Part shown: positions 28,026-37,132 of the stretch, in pieces | Layout of the letters: the number at the start of each line of letters is the position of its first letter | Position numbering within the stretch: the stretch's first letter is position 1 | IMG/VR virus record: IMGVR_UViG_3300031524_000008 | Coordinates: 614-64,613 of that record | DNA: 64,000 bases | Strand: one strand, 5' to 3' | Source of the DNA: a virus | Taxonomy: Duplodnaviria; Caudoviricetes | The notes under the pieces: model-generated | The model's database searches: none | Seen by the model: the letters and a program-made list of their open reading frames with translations, nothing else | Told to the model about the DNA's origin: nothing | Translations under genes and position numbers: made by a program

Positions 28026-28099
28026 TGGATGCGGATATTGGTTTCGCGCCAATTCTACTTCTTTCAGAGAGAAGGTTGCTACTATTACAACAATCCGCA
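28026..28099 (-). tRNA. tRNA-Gln(CUG)
   Basis: loop CUCUGAA, U1-A72. Confidence 0.88.
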
Positions 28100-28104
28100 G
28101 TATT

Positions 28105-28179
28105 TGGTATCCATACGGGGAATCGCGCCCCGACTAAAAGTTTAGGAAACTTTTGTGCTATCTGTTACACTATACGGAT
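28105..28179 (-). tRNA. tRNA-Arg(CCU)
   Basis: loop UUCCUAA. Confidence 0.88.
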
Positions 28180-28180
28180 A

Positions 28181-28340
28181 AAATTTACGGAGAATCGCGC
28201 TTTCTTGATATTCGAATTCGGCTCCATACCCGAGGGATGCTGCCCTCTTCCCGCCTCTATGGTTTCTTGACCTATGTGCAGTAAGTCTCAGCGATTCGGA
28301 AACCGGCATCGACGGCCTAGACCTTTTCCGTAAAATTTTT
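28181..28340 (-). ncRNA. putative structured ncRNA, unknown class
   Basis: terminal inverted repeat aaatttacggagaa / ttttccgtaaaattt. Confidence 0.45.
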
Positions 28341-28649
28341 TAATGCTTTAATAGCACTTTCACCTTCGTAAAATCTAGCGTAAGTAAAGTAAGATAGTTC
28401 TTTTACCATCCCAATTACTCCATCGCCTTCTTCTCTAGTATCGACTCTAACAAAGTAAATAACTACTGCTTCTCGGTCGGTATATGGAGAGTTAGTATGT
28501 TTGAACCAAAAGAAATGAAGACCTTCTAATTCTTCGATGGCTTTATCGAAGTCGTACCACTTTGTAACTAATACAGCGGTATTATCAAATTCAAACTCTC
28601 GAACTTTAGTATCGACAAAATTTCCAATCAGAGACTTGTGCCATTTCAT
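28317..28649 (-). CDS. hypothetical protein
   Basis: ORF follows a TTGAC promoter. Confidence 0.65.
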   Translation of the reverse strand: MKWHKSLIGNFVDTKVREFEFDNTAVLVTKWYDFDKAIEELEGLHFFWFKHTNSPYTDREAVVIYFVRVDTREEGDGVIGMVKELSYFTYARFYEGESAIKALKNFTEKV

Positions 28650-28689
28650 ATGTAGATTCTACATTGATTAATGGTCGCGTCAACTAAAT

Positions 28690-28764
28690 TGGTAGCCCGT
28701 TAGGGTTACGCTCCCTATTCAACAGGTTGAAAGCCTGTGGTCCTAACTATTAGACGAACGAGCC
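28690..28764 (-). tRNA. tRNA-Glu(UUC)
   Basis: loop CUUUCAA. Confidence 0.88.
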
Positions 28765-29180
28765 GTCTCATGCTTATCTCTATAATAATTTGGGTCGAAG
28801 TCCTTTAATTCATCAAACAAACTATACGCGCTACCGCAAAGTTTGCCGGTTTCGTGAAGGTATTGCCAGTTGATTTCAGAAAATCCAGCCGCCAGAGAAG
28901 CTTGAATGTATCTTTTTAAGAATCGTACTTTAGATACAGCCTTGTTTTCCTCAGTGGTAAGATACGATTCGTAATGGTGTTTGGTTTCAGACCATTCAGG
29001 ATAATCCTTCATACATTCATCGCATCCGCCGCCGTTGCAGGAAACGTTCTTACATGCTGGACACTTTATACAAACTGTCTCGCACAATTCACAGTACGAC
29101 AAAGGATATTTACCCTTCCACATTTGACGGACGCCAAAAATATTGTCCATAGTTTGGTTAAGGGTGTCAGGATTTAACAT
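28743..29180 (-). CDS. hypothetical Cys-rich zinc-binding protein
   Basis: several CxxC. Confidence 0.7.
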   Translation of the reverse strand: MLNPDTLNQTMDNIFGVRQMWKGKYPLSYCELCETVCIKCPACKNVSCNGGGCDECMKDYPEWSETKHHYESYLTTEENKAVSKVRFLKRYIQASLAAGFSEINWQYLHETGKLCGSAYSLFDELKDFDPNYYRDKHETARSSNS

Positions 29181-29452
29181 TATTTTAATTCAAAATGGTT
29201 AGGCTCGTCGGTATGAAGTATTCTTAAACAAATATTATCTAAGAAAAAGACATCATACCTTATCAGTTTTTGAAATCTTGTTAAGCTATCTTCATACCAG
29301 TTCGGACGTTTTTCTTTTATTGGAGAAGGACTCCAACAAACATTGGTTAATCTAGCGTAGTTTTCTGGACCTAATACCATTGCTACAGGGTCGCACTTAA
29401 AGGCTTTGCGATAACCTACCATAGCCTGATTTAGAGTATCGAGGTCGAACAT
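29180..29452 (-). CDS. hypothetical protein
   Basis: coupled ORF. Confidence 0.6.
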   Translation of the reverse strand: MFDLDTLNQAMVGYRKAFKCDPVAMVLGPENYARLTNVCWSPSPIKEKRPNWYEDSLTRFQKLIRYDVFFLDNICLRILHTDEPNHFELK

Positions 29453-29976
29453 TATGACTTCTTACTGAAATTTGCAATTCCTGTAGCCACCGACATGCCG
29501 CTACAATACATTTGACTCGTGGACAAAAACTCGTTCTTCCATGACCAGTCGTTCATAACGAACTTCGAAAAATCGTCTTCCGATAATTCAAATAGGTCGT
29601 TTGCGCTTAATTTAACCATTTGAATTGCGCGGTTGTAGTCGTCTTCGTGGCTTTCTGGAAATGGAATGTTAAAATTAAACAAAGCGTACTGTTGTTTGGA
29701 ACTAAAGACTACGGGTTTAACGCTCTCTTCTAAGTTTGTTACACTTTCGAGGGTAGTTTGTAGCTCTTCCTTAACAAGAGGTAATACTGTCTTGATACGC
29801 TCTGAAAGAGTCTTCTTTACGCTCTTATAGTATCCTTTAAGGGCATTTGCAAGTAAGTCGTCGTGCGCTTTCTTATTATCAAGAAGAGCTTTTAAAAGGT
29901 CTTCGCGCTTGACCTTTACACGTTGAAAGGTTGAAAATGTTTTAAGGGCTTCGATGTCAGATAATGATGTAGGCAT
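29452..29976 (-). CDS. hypothetical phage protein
   Basis: P.SH..DY.RAI.M...F..FVMNDWSWK. Confidence 0.75.
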   Translation of the reverse strand: MPTSLSDIEALKTFSTFQRVKVKREDLLKALLDNKKAHDDLLANALKGYYKSVKKTLSERIKTVLPLVKEELQTTLESVTNLEESVKPVVFSSKQQYALFNFNIPFPESHEDDYNRAIQMVKLSANDLFELSEDDFSKFVMNDWSWKNEFLSTSQMYCSGMSVATGIANFSKKS

Positions 29977-30022
29977 ATCCTGATATTAGGAAGACTTGAA
30001 TCATTCGTCAACTAAAAAGAAA

Positions 30023-30113
30023 TGGCGGTTCGAGAAGGTAACGCTCCCTATACCGTATTTCAGGTATCAACTGTTTAGCAAACAGTGTTCAACACTTGTT
30101 GAAGACACGAACC
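30023..30113 (-). tRNA. tRNA-Ser(GCU)
   Basis: loop UUGCUAA, long V arm, G73. Confidence 0.85.
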
Positions 30114-30116
30114 AAA

Positions 30117-30207
30117 TGGCGGTGAGCAGAGAACTCGCATCCCAAGCCTGTTTTAGAGGCTCCAGCTAGTTTCCAGCTAGCGTCCATACTTAATGGATTT
30201 ACTCACC
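30117..30207 (-). tRNA. tRNA-Ser(GGA)
   Basis: loop CUGGAAA, long V arm. Confidence 0.85.
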
Positions 30208-30210
30208 AAA

Positions 30211-30302
30211 TGGAGGATAGCTGACGATTTGCACGCCAAACCTGTTTTAGAGGTTCGTTTGGTTTTCGAAACCAACCTCGCGCCTTGACGAGTTAACTAT
30301 CC
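30211..30302 (-). tRNA. tRNA-Ser(CGA)
   Basis: loop UUCGAAA, long V arm. Confidence 0.85.
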
Positions 30303-30305
30303 AAT

Positions 30306-30394
30306 TGGCGGATAACGTAGGTGTCGCTCCCAAAGCCATTGCTGGCTCCCATCGCTTTCAAGGCGAGTCCGAAGGCTGCTTCGGTTCATCATCC
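30306..30394 (-). tRNA. tRNA-Ser(UGA)
   Basis: loop CUUGAAA, long V arm. Confidence 0.85.
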
Positions 30395-30399
30395 AAAAA

Positions 30400-30527
30400 T
30401 GGGAAAACGAACGCAACTAATGCTACCTACTTAAACGTCGGTCTCTTCTGCGCAATCTTCACGCTCATGGACACTGGTTTGTTTTCGGTTTGGACTAGCG
30501 ATACCTTTACGGCTGCGTTCGTTCCCT
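30400..30527 (-). ncRNA. putative structured ncRNA ending in CCA
   Basis: terminal stem GGGAACGAACGCA / UGCGUUCGUUUUCCCA. Confidence 0.55.
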
Positions 30528-30532
30528 AAAAA

Positions 30533-30847
30533 TTATTCGGTAAATGTGATACCGTACTTCCGACCCGCCTTCTTGATACGAGACTTAACCTTCCCTAGGT
30601 CAGATGAAGAGTATTCGCTAGCATTCTTATCTTTGTTAATATAACTCCATGCTGCTCGCACTCGTTCAGCGTTATCAATCGGATACTTGAAATTTGCGGG
30701 GTCTGCGTATTGAGACTTGTTCTTTGGGTATCCTTCTGGAGGAGAGTCGTGTCCAAAGGCGCTCTTACGAGGAAGTTGACCGTTAGAAATCTGATGTTCA
30801 ACGATTAAATCGGAAAGGTCGATTATTTGGTCAGTGTTTGGTCGCAT
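30533..30847 (-). CDS. DUF6582-like protein
   Basis: YADPANFKYPID...VRAAWSYIN; GTGTAA-N9-ATG. Confidence 0.75.
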   Translation of the reverse strand: MRPNTDQIIDLSDLIVEHQISNGQLPRKSAFGHDSPPEGYPKNKSQYADPANFKYPIDNAERVRAAWSYINKDKNASEYSSSDLGKVKSRIKKAGRKYGITFTE

Positions 30848-30890
30848 ATATCTTCTTTACACTAAAAGGTTGCCTAGTTACTGAATTCTT

Positions 30891-31181
30891 TTACTTCGGA
30901 ACCCCTATCATGCCAAGGGCGTTCTTGTTTAGTGCGGAATCGTTTTCCGCACCGTAAACAATTTTCCATGACCAGTCGTTCATAACGTACTTCGAAAGGT
31001 CGTTTGCACTCAATTCCGTTCCCTCTACAATTTCACACGAATCAAATGAACCGTCAACAAAACTAATCTCGGCACGATTTTTGTCGTGAATAAAAATTGA
31101 AGACATCCCCATTTCTTCTTTAGTTATAAAATCTACAATTTGTTGTCTAGTAAATCTAATCATGGATTCATTTTGCACCAC
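30891..31181 (-). CDS. hypothetical protein
   Basis: shares SK.VMNDWSWK with 29452..29976. Confidence 0.55.
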   Translation of the reverse strand: MVQNESMIRFTRQQIVDFITKEEMGMSSIFIHDKNRAEISFVDGSFDSCEIVEGTELSANDLSKYVMNDWSWKIVYGAENDSALNKNALGMIGVPK

Positions 31182-31193
31182 TTGACGTATGAA

Positions 31194-31364
31194 TCAAGCT
31201 ATTTTTTTGTAGATTTGACGGACTTTTTCGATGTCTTTTCGCGTCATTTCAACAGGATTAACAACAGAACTAATAGCAAACAATGCTGCTTCGGCGGTTA
31301 GTTCTTTTTCGTTCCATGATTTAATAGCATTACGAACGAATTCCACCACTTCTTTATTTTTCAT
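31194..31364 (-). CDS. hypothetical protein
   Basis: ATG follows tRNA-Leu CCA. Confidence 0.55.
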   Translation of the reverse strand: MKNKEVVEFVRNAIKSWNEKELTAEAALFAISSVVNPVEMTRKDIEKVRQIYKKIA

Positions 31365-31365
31365 A

Positions 31366-31456
31366 TGGTCCGGTAGGTGAGATTCGCACTCACGTTGTTT
31401 ACCATAAAGGTAAGGCGTTTTGAGTGCCTCGCGTCTCGCTGCTGCGCCACAACCGG
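31366..31456 (-). tRNA. tRNA-Leu(CAA)
   Basis: loop CUCAAAA, long V arm. Confidence 0.87.
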
Positions 31457-31460
31457 AAAA

Positions 31461-31551
31461 TGGTCCTGAAAGTGGGGATTGCACCCACGATGTTTACCGC
31501 TAGGGTAATGCGTTTTAAGTGCATCGCGTCTCGCTACTGCGCCATTTCAGG
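31461..31551 (-). tRNA. tRNA-Leu(UAA)
   Basis: loop CUUAAAA, long V arm. Confidence 0.87.
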
Positions 31552-31553
31552 AT

Positions 31554-31627
31554 TGGTGCCCATGCCGAGCATCGCACTCGGTCCCACAAGTTCTAAGCTT
31601 GTGCGCTCTCTCTTGGCGTACATGGGC
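31554..31627 (-). tRNA. tRNA with UAG (Leu) anticodon and short variable loop
   Basis: loop CUUAGAA, 74 nt. Confidence 0.75.
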
Positions 31628-31632
31628 TAAAG

Positions 31633-31732
31633 TAGAAATCGTAGGAGTCGAACCTACATTACCGAATCTTGTCCACCACGCTAAGTAATATTTCAAATCG
31701 GAACATCCTTTCGGAGCCTTAGCGAAGACTTC
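31633..31732 (-). ncRNA. tRNA-like RNA (T-arm GUAGG-UUCGACU-CCUAC, no CCA)
   Basis: T-arm plus acceptor-like stem; noncanonical body. Confidence 0.5.
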
Positions 31733-31733
31733 A

Positions 31734-31804
31734 TGGAGCCGCTGTCGGGTATTGCGCCCGCTAGACAAGTTTACAAAACTCGGCTTCCTCTTAGGAACAA
31801 CGGC
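31734..31804 (-). tRNA. tRNA-Thr(UGU), short D arm
   Basis: loop UUUGUAA. Confidence 0.8.
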
Positions 31805-31810
31805 ATTAAA

Positions 31811-32026
31811 TTAAGTAATAGGACCAGCTAATCCTGCTGGCGCTGCTGGCATTCCAGTCGAGGGACCGGGGCAATTACCAGCGGAAGGAGAAATAGCGGG
31901 TGTAGGTAACGCTGAAAGTGTGACGGGCGTTCCAATAATCATTGGGTTGCCGCAATACTGGCACTTATCTTCGTGCTTTTTATGTTTTCCTTTGTGTCCG
32001 CAGGTTGGGCAATATTGATGTGTCAT
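31811..32026 (-). CDS. small zinc-ribbon protein with Pro/Ala-rich tail
   Basis: CPTCG...CQYCG; GTGTAA-N8-ATG. Confidence 0.65.
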   Translation of the reverse strand: MTHQYCPTCGHKGKHKKHEDKCQYCGNPMIIGTPVTLSALPTPAISPSAGNCPGPSTGMPAAPAGLAGPIT

Positions 32027-32045
32027 ATTCTCTATTACACAAAAA

Positions 32046-32119
32046 TGGTAGGCACATCGGGATTCGCGCCCGAGATTTCACTTTCGTAGAGTGATGTGAT
32101 GTCTGCTTCACTATGCGCC
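32046..32119 (-). tRNA. tRNA-Arg(ACG)
   Basis: loop CUACGAA. Confidence 0.88.
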
Positions 32120-32339
32120 TAAATTACCTCTCCGTAGGACTCAGCAAGCTATAATTGCCCGCAGCAAACAGATTAGTAAAAAAATTTGAAAGCTTGCTTT
32201 TACGCCAAAGAGAAACCAAGCCTTACCAGTTACGGGGTGCCGGTTAGTTTCGGTGTTGTTCCGCTCAAGTATGGACGAGAAACGGCACCTAGTCTCACTT
32301 TTTAAGGAATTGCTGCCTCTAAGCCAACCCACTTTCAAA

Positions 32340-32422
32340 TGGAGGACGAAGCTGGGAGTCGCACCCATTACGTTATACATCGTTGCGACCAAGTATAACG
32401 GGACACTAGTACCAACCCGCCC
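32340..32422 (-). ncRNA. tRNA-like RNA with extended anticodon-position hairpin
   Basis: CCA end, T-arm, CGUUAUAC/GUAUAACG stem. Confidence 0.5.
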
Positions 32423-32496
32423 ATTAAATGCTGCCACAGCTTGTATAGCTAAGACTACAAGCATAACTTCCCCTTAGTTAGGGCGTGTGGACTGCA

Positions 32497-32571
32497 TGGT
32501 ATCCCATGTCGGTATTGCTCCGACTACTCAGCTTTGGAAGAGCCGCGTGTATCTGTCAACACTTATGAGAC
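32497..32571 (-). tRNA. tRNA-Gly(UCC)
   Basis: loop CUUCCAA. Confidence 0.82.
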
Positions 32572-32575
32572 AAAA

Positions 32576-32651
32576 AGGAGCAGCGCGTAGGGAGTTGCAC
32601 CCTAACATACAGGTTGGAACCCGTCATGCTATCTATTACATCACACACTGC
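32576..32651 (-). tRNA. Gly-like tRNA with 6-nt anticodon loop, CCU end
   Basis: loop UUCCAA, U73. Confidence 0.6.
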
Positions 32652-32654
32652 AAA

Positions 32655-32728
32655 TGGAGCGGCATGTCGGTACTGGCCCGACTTTTTCTGCTTGGAAGGC
32701 AGAGACATTACCTTTATGTTAATGCCGC
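32655..32728 (-). tRNA. tRNA-Gly(UCC)
   Basis: loop CUUCCAA, U73. Confidence 0.82.
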
Positions 32729-32873
32729 AAATGCGGTGCATCCAAATCTATCATGAACAATCGACTCACTAATCTTCTTTTTCTAACCGTTTTGAATGCA
32801 CCGCGTAAAAGAGCTAGGTTGTAAGTTGCAGTACGTCAAGCGCACTTTACATTGCTTACACTACCATCGCTCT

Positions 32874-32950
32874 TGGCTCCTACCCTACGTAACGCTCGTA
32901 GCTGGTCCCGTTTAACAGACGGTCGGTTCGCACTTGCCACCCCGATAGGA
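32874..32950 (-). tRNA. tRNA-Asn(GUU)
   Basis: loop CUGUUAA, G73. Confidence 0.82.
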
Positions 32951-33111
32951 ATATTCAAATTAGGTCCATTCAACCCCTATAGCATCACACTCCTTAGTAA
33001 GGGGAGTAGCGCTTTCGCTGACGGCAGGTTGAACATAGGTGTACATCCTCACGCCCGTTACAAGCGGGCGCTAGTTCCACAGTGTTGCCTTCTATTTATC
33101 CTAACTTGAAA

Positions 33112-33185
33112 TGGTCGAAGCTGGTGGTTACGCTCCACCGTTTGAAGAGTGTCATTCTTCCGTCCTACTATTGGACGAAGCCTCG
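33112..33185 (-). tRNA. tRNA-Val(GAC)
   Basis: loop AUGACAC. Confidence 0.85.
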
Positions 33186-33290
33186 ATTTGCTATCAGCTA
33201 AACCGCCTCCCCTTACAATCGGGTATTTAAGTTCCCCTTTAGCTAGGGATATTTATCGGAAGTAACGCCGCTTTTTTATAACGTGATAAC

Positions 33291-33367
33291 TGGAGCCATT
33301 GATGGGGTTTACTACCCAATTTTCACCGCTACGTGGCGGCGTGCTTTATGAATTAAACTACAATGGC
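33291..33367 (-). tRNA. Thr-like tRNA with 6-nt loop (CA-CGU-A)
   Basis: GCC acceptor and U73 as in the other Thr tRNAs here. Confidence 0.6.
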
Positions 33368-33371
33368 AAAA

Positions 33372-33456
33372 TGGTCGCCGTCACCGCTTTCACGGTATCT
33401 CCGTTCTCCCACGAACGGTGTTTTTATGCGTGTACAAACGCTTAAACTATCAGGCG
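33372..33456 (-). tRNA. Pro-like tRNA with aberrant loop (GU-GGG-A) and D-loop hairpin
   Basis: C1-G72, A73, CCA. Confidence 0.55.
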
Positions 33457-33460
33457 AAAA

Positions 33461-33533
33461 TGGTCGTCATGCACGGAGTTATACCGTGACAGCTACTAGC
33501 TTTGTAGCCTAGTTTCTCTGACGAAACCAGATG
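33461..33533 (-). ncRNA. degenerate tRNA-like element
   Basis: CCA, T-like arm, GCUAC/GUAGC hairpin. Confidence 0.4.
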
Positions 33534-33537
33534 AAAT

Positions 33538-33612
33538 TGGCCGCTAGTCAGGCGTTTGCATCCTGTTCGTCCCGTCTTCAGCGGGCGGCTTTACGATATA
33601 AGCAAACTAGCG
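33538..33612 (-). tRNA. tRNA-Phe(GAA)
   Basis: loop CUGAAGA. Confidence 0.8.
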
Positions 33613-33621
33613 TTATGTTTT

Positions 33622-33696
33622 TGGTGGACCGTTCCGGTACTGCACCGAGTTCTCAAGGCTAAGAGCCTAGAGCATCACTTTTTATGCTTACAGTCC
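33622..33696 (-). tRNA. tRNA-Lys(CUU)
   Basis: loop CUCUUAG. Confidence 0.82.
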
Positions 33697-33786
33697 ATCA
33701 GTGAAATAATATGCCGTGACGGGAATTTATCCTTGTCGTCCATATTACGACCGTAATCGTGCCAGACACGCAATCCTTCACTAAAT

Positions 33787-33861
33787 TGGAGCCACATAAC
33801 GGTACTGCCCCGTTTTCACAGTCTTACCAAGACCGTATAATAGCTTTTATACGAATGCGGC
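33787..33861 (-). tRNA. tRNA-Thr(GGU)
   Basis: loop UUGGUAA. Confidence 0.85.
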
Positions 33862-33877
33862 TAATTAACTAACTTTT

Positions 33878-33970
33878 TGGTACTTCCGCTCGGACTTGCA
33901 CCGAGACCGGGCACTCATCTAGTGCGACTCAGTTTATAAAACTGACTGTGCTGCTTTACACCACGGAAGC
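33878..33970 (-). tRNA. tRNA with UAU (Ile) anticodon and long variable arm
   Basis: loop UUUAUAA; V arm GCACU/AGUGC. Confidence 0.78.
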
Positions 33971-33981
33971 GTTTTTGAAAT

Positions 33982-34071
33982 TGGTGCATCGTGCAGGCTT
34001 CGCTCCTGCGGTGGCTGTTAGGCGTCGGTTTAAAAGACCGCTTCATTCGGCTGGGCTATGAGAAACGATGC
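33982..34071 (-). tRNA. tRNA with UUU (Lys) anticodon and long variable region
   Basis: loop CUUUUAA; ~15-nt V region. Confidence 0.75.
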
Positions 34072-34074
34072 AAA

Positions 34075-34161
34075 TGGTGTATTCGGTGGGACTCGCACCC
34101 ACGGTGGATTTTACTCGTCAGGTTAAGAGCCTGTTCCAATCGCTACTCTGGACACGAATAC
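34075..34161 (-). tRNA. tRNA with CUU (Lys) anticodon and long variable region
   Basis: loop CUCUUAA; ~15-nt V region. Confidence 0.75.
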
Positions 34162-34251
34162 AAATCAAAGATAGGTTTTAACTATGCCGTTTATCCCTAC
34201 ATAAGCGTTACGCCAATAGGCAAATCTTGTCGTAATCGGATTACTTTGAAA

Positions 34252-34326
34252 TGGTGCAACCGTAGGGTATCGCGCCCTCTTCACGAAGTTAAAAGCCTCG
34301 CGCTCATCTACTAAAGCTTCGGATGC
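34252..34326 (-). tRNA. tRNA-Lys(UUU)
   Basis: loop CUUUUAA. Confidence 0.85.
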
Positions 34327-34333
34327 ATAAAAA

Positions 34334-34408
34334 TGGTACTTCGGATAGGATTTGCACCTATATATCACGGACATCAACCGTGCGCCCTGCTAGTTAGACG
34401 ACCGAAGC
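34334..34408 (-). tRNA. tRNA-Ile(GAU)
   Basis: loop UUGAUGU. Confidence 0.8.
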
Positions 34409-34459
34409 ATATCGTAGAAGACTCAGCTAGTTGTAATTACCAGCAGTATCTACGAAAAA

Positions 34460-34533
34460 TGGTGGGCTTACGGAGAGTTGCGCTCCGATTAAACGTTTCA
34501 CAAACGCTTTCCTTACTCTTAGGATATAAGCCC
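34460..34533 (-). tRNA. tRNA-His(GUG)
   Basis: loop UUGUGAA, encoded G-1. Confidence 0.82.
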
Positions 34534-34749
34534 CATATGTTTATCGCAACCAACGCATAATTCCGATTTATGCGTTAGAGCGAATAAAACTGCGGACAGA
34601 CTCAATTTTTCTTTTGTCTCCGTTAGCGTATTCAATTAAAGCTTTCGCGGTATTTGAATTCGTGCCAAAGGAAGTAATAGGAACGGCATTTGGTCTGTCG
34701 GCAATTAATGCGTCCCAAAGTTGTGCGAATCTTGTGTATTTCATAAAAT

Positions 34750-34906
34750 TTAAATCGTCGCGACCCGATTCTCTCCAACTGACGAAGGTTAGAGAAATTC
34801 GTTCTATTTTTCAGCCTCGTTCCTTTCGGACGTATCTTGTTAGATACACCATTCGGTTCCGCTGACCTTTCGAACTCGGCTTGTGCCGTTGCTTCTCGCG
34901 TTTAAA
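34750..34906 (-). ncRNA. putative structured ncRNA, unknown class
   Basis: terminal stem UUUAAA-CGCGA / UCGCG..UUUAAA, internal GAAA hairpins. Confidence 0.45.
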
Positions 34907-35010
34907 GCAATATTCTTAGTAGTTAAGGAAGTTGTTTAAGCGAGGATTTTACTCCATCGTAAACACCTTGATTATATTTTACACTTACTGTTTAGTAAGT
35001 CAATAATTAA

Positions 35011-35087
35011 TGGCCTGTACGGTCGGATTCGAACCGACAATCTCCAAGGCGTAATCGCTAGGTGTTTTACCGTTCAACCACGTACAT
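35011..35087 (-). tRNA. tRNA-like RNA with ~9-nt anticodon loop
   Basis: canonical D and T arms; loop CGAUUACGC. Confidence 0.6.
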
Positions 35088-35094
35088 GACAAAT

Positions 35095-35169
35095 TGGAGG
35101 CGGGTATCGGAATTGCACCGATGTATAATGGGTTTGCAAGCCACGGCCTTACTACTTGGCTAACCCGCC
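35095..35169 (-). tRNA. tRNA-Cys(GCA)
   Basis: loop UUGCAAA, U73. Confidence 0.85.
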
Positions 35170-35247
35170 ATTAAGCAGCCAACTTCACGGAGTTGGTGGC
35201 GTCCGTACAATCGGGCGCTGGTCGCATTGCGTCCTCTGCTCTAACGA

Positions 35248-35321
35248 TGGTATCGCATGAGGGTTACGCTCCCTCTTATGCAAGTTGAGAACCTGCTGTC
35301 CTACTATTAGACGAATGCGAC
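35248..35321 (-). tRNA. tRNA-Glu(CUC)
   Basis: loop UUCUCAA. Confidence 0.87.
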
Positions 35322-35326
35322 ATAAA

Positions 35327-35402
35327 TGGCACCGATGACAGGACTCGCACCTGCTTTTGTACAGCTTGAAAGGCTGTTGAGTTGCTCTTACTCATCACCG
35401 GC
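35327..35402 (-). tRNA. tRNA-Glu(UUC)
   Basis: loop CUUUCAA. Confidence 0.82.
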
Positions 35403-35410
35403 ATTGAATT

Positions 35411-35492
35411 TGGTAGGCGTGACAGGATTCGCACCCGCATGTCTTTCGACGGCTGCTTCTAAGGCAACTGTGTATACATTCCACCACACACC
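35411..35492 (-). tRNA. tRNA-Leu(UAG)
   Basis: loop CUUAGAA, V arm. Confidence 0.87.
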
Positions 35493-35496
35493 TAAA

Positions 35497-35575
35497 TGGC
35501 TCCTGCTCGTGGTAACGCTCCACGCTAAATCTTGGTTAACAGCCAAGCGGTTGTCACTATGACGCCTCAACAGGA
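35497..35575 (-). tRNA. tRNA-Asn(GUU)
   Basis: loop CUGUUAA. Confidence 0.82.
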
Positions 35576-35581
35576 ATAAAA

Positions 35582-35654
35582 TGGCTCGCACTGCTGCATC
35601 CGTAGTGCAGCTACTTCCCCTAACGCGGGGATGTTTTAGATAAACTAAGTGCGA
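35582..35654 (-). tRNA. Asn-like tRNA with 6-nt loop (GC-GUU-A)
   Basis: U1-A72, G73, perfect stems. Confidence 0.6.
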
Positions 35655-35659
35655 ATAAA

Positions 35660-35733
35660 TGGTCGGAAATGAAGGTTACGCTCCCTCGTTTTGTCGGTGT
35701 AAACGACCCGTTCTACTATTGAACTAATCTCCG
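35660..35733 (-). tRNA. tRNA-Val(UAC)
   Basis: loop UUUACAC. Confidence 0.85.
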
Positions 35734-35774
35734 TAATTGCGTTGGGCCATCCAGCCAACGCTGCCGTCCCTAAC

Positions 35775-35849
35775 TGGTTGTCCCACAAGGTAACGCTCCC
35801 TGTTCTCTCGGTTCAAAGCCGAGGGTAATAACTTCTATACGATAGGACA
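35775..35849 (-). tRNA. tRNA-Gln(UUG)
   Basis: loop CUUUGAA. Confidence 0.87.
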
Positions 35850-35857
35850 GTAAATAA

Positions 35858-35933
35858 TGGTGTCTCGACAGGGAATTGCACCCCGAATTCTAGTTTCGAA
35901 GACTAGCGTGATGGTCTGTTTCACTACCAAGAC
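35858..35933 (-). tRNA. tRNA-Arg(UCG)
   Basis: loop CUUCGAA. Confidence 0.87.
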
Positions 35934-36264
35934 ATTTGCGCGTTTACGGGCGCACCCGATTCTGACAACCTAGAATATCAGACGATTTTTAGGAGGCGGA
36001 TACAAGGTGACTTGTACCCTCGACCAAGGATTTATCTAGTAAAAATGTGTTCGAATATAAGGAGTTGCACCCATGTATCTGCGTCTTCTGGACTTATCAC
36101 TGGATAATAGAGAGACGCACGTAACTTTATCAACGTCCGATTTTCACTATTGACTAACCCATAGTTGATTATGAGTTTTCGCTCTTAGCGGCATTCATCA
36201 AATTACCAATGGTAAATGCGGTCGGCACAGAATTGTATTGTCTTACTCTATGATACTATCAAAC

Positions 36265-36382
36265 TGGTCACGACGATTGGATTTGCACCAATAGTGTTCT
36301 GCTACTCCATATTACCGCAGCTTTATGCATCTTGGATGGCTTCGAAGGCCAACGCCTTTCTCTATCTTTTGGCTACATCGTG
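36265..36382 (-). tRNA. tRNA with UCG anticodon and ~43-nt variable region
   Basis: 118 nt, all four arms intact. Confidence 0.65.
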
Positions 36383-36384
36383 AT

Positions 36385-36460
36385 TGGATGTCTCACTAGG
36401 ATTCGCACCTAGACTGAATGGTTCAAGGCCACTAGTGCTGAACTGTTACACTATGAGACA
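36385..36460 (-). tRNA. tRNA-Gln(UUG)
   Basis: loop CCUUGAA (C33). Confidence 0.82.
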
Positions 36461-36466
36461 ATCAAA

Positions 36467-36544
36467 TGGTCGAGCGTGTCGGATTCGCACCGCGACTCAA
36501 GCTTTTTTCGAAAGCCCGTATGTTACTGTTACAACACACGCTCG
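36467..36544 (-). tRNA. tRNA-like RNA with extended anticodon stem
   Basis: CGGGCUU-UCGAAAA-AAGCUUG. Confidence 0.6.
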
Positions 36545-36550
36545 ATTAAA

Positions 36551-36635
36551 TGGTGCGCCGAGAAAGAATTTGCACTTTCACAGCTAATAGCGGGAGTTTT
36601 ACAGACTCTTGGGTTCACTCGTACCCAGCCGACGC
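36551..36635 (-). tRNA. tRNA-Tyr(GUA)
   Basis: loop CUGUAAA, V arm. Confidence 0.82.
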
Positions 36636-36703
36636 AACTAACCCTGACTGGTGCGCGGCGAGAATCAACTCGACAGAGACGCGTTCAGGGTTTTGGTTAA
36701 TTA

Positions 36704-37132
36704 TTAATAAATGATGACGTTCATATACTCAGGCTCAACCTTAGCAAGTCGGTGTGCCATGCTCGTTGTAGTATAAACATCGAAGACGTAAGCTTTTCCG
36801 TGACTTGCTTTCTTTGCTGTCACTGCTCGTCCCCTGTCCTGAATTAAGAAATGCTCACTTGGCAACACATACTTCAAAGAAGGTATGTCAATGTGAGTCT
36901 CAAATGGAAAATCGGGATGGCCCGCAACTGTCACGCCCATATGAGCGCGGCGAACTTGAGGGTCAGCTACTCGTGAACCCCACTTGTCTTCACCTACATG
37001 GTAGTAGGTAATTCGAGCTACGATTGTTCTCGGCTTATTGTATCCGAACTTGTGACGAGAAAACCAACTGGATGCTGGACTACTACAAGTTAGGAATAAC
37101 ATAGTTAATACGATTGCTATTACTTTTTTCAT
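36704..37132 (-). CDS. secreted 3D-domain (lytic transglycosylase-like) protein
   Basis: signal peptide; ITYY, GVTVA, QDRG.AV, FDVY. Confidence 0.7.
   Translation of the reverse strand: MKKVIAIVLTMLFLTCSSPASSWFSRHKFGYNKPRTIVARITYYHVGEDKWGSRVADPQVRRAHMGVTVAGHPDFPFETHIDIPSLKYVLPSEHFLIQDRGRAVTAKKASHGKAYVFDVYTTTSMAHRLAKVEPEYMNVIIY

Noticed and set aside
31633-32480. tmRNA
   Set aside because: T-arm-like pieces exist, but no Ala acceptor ends enclosing a tag ORF could be assembled by eye; needs ARAGORN
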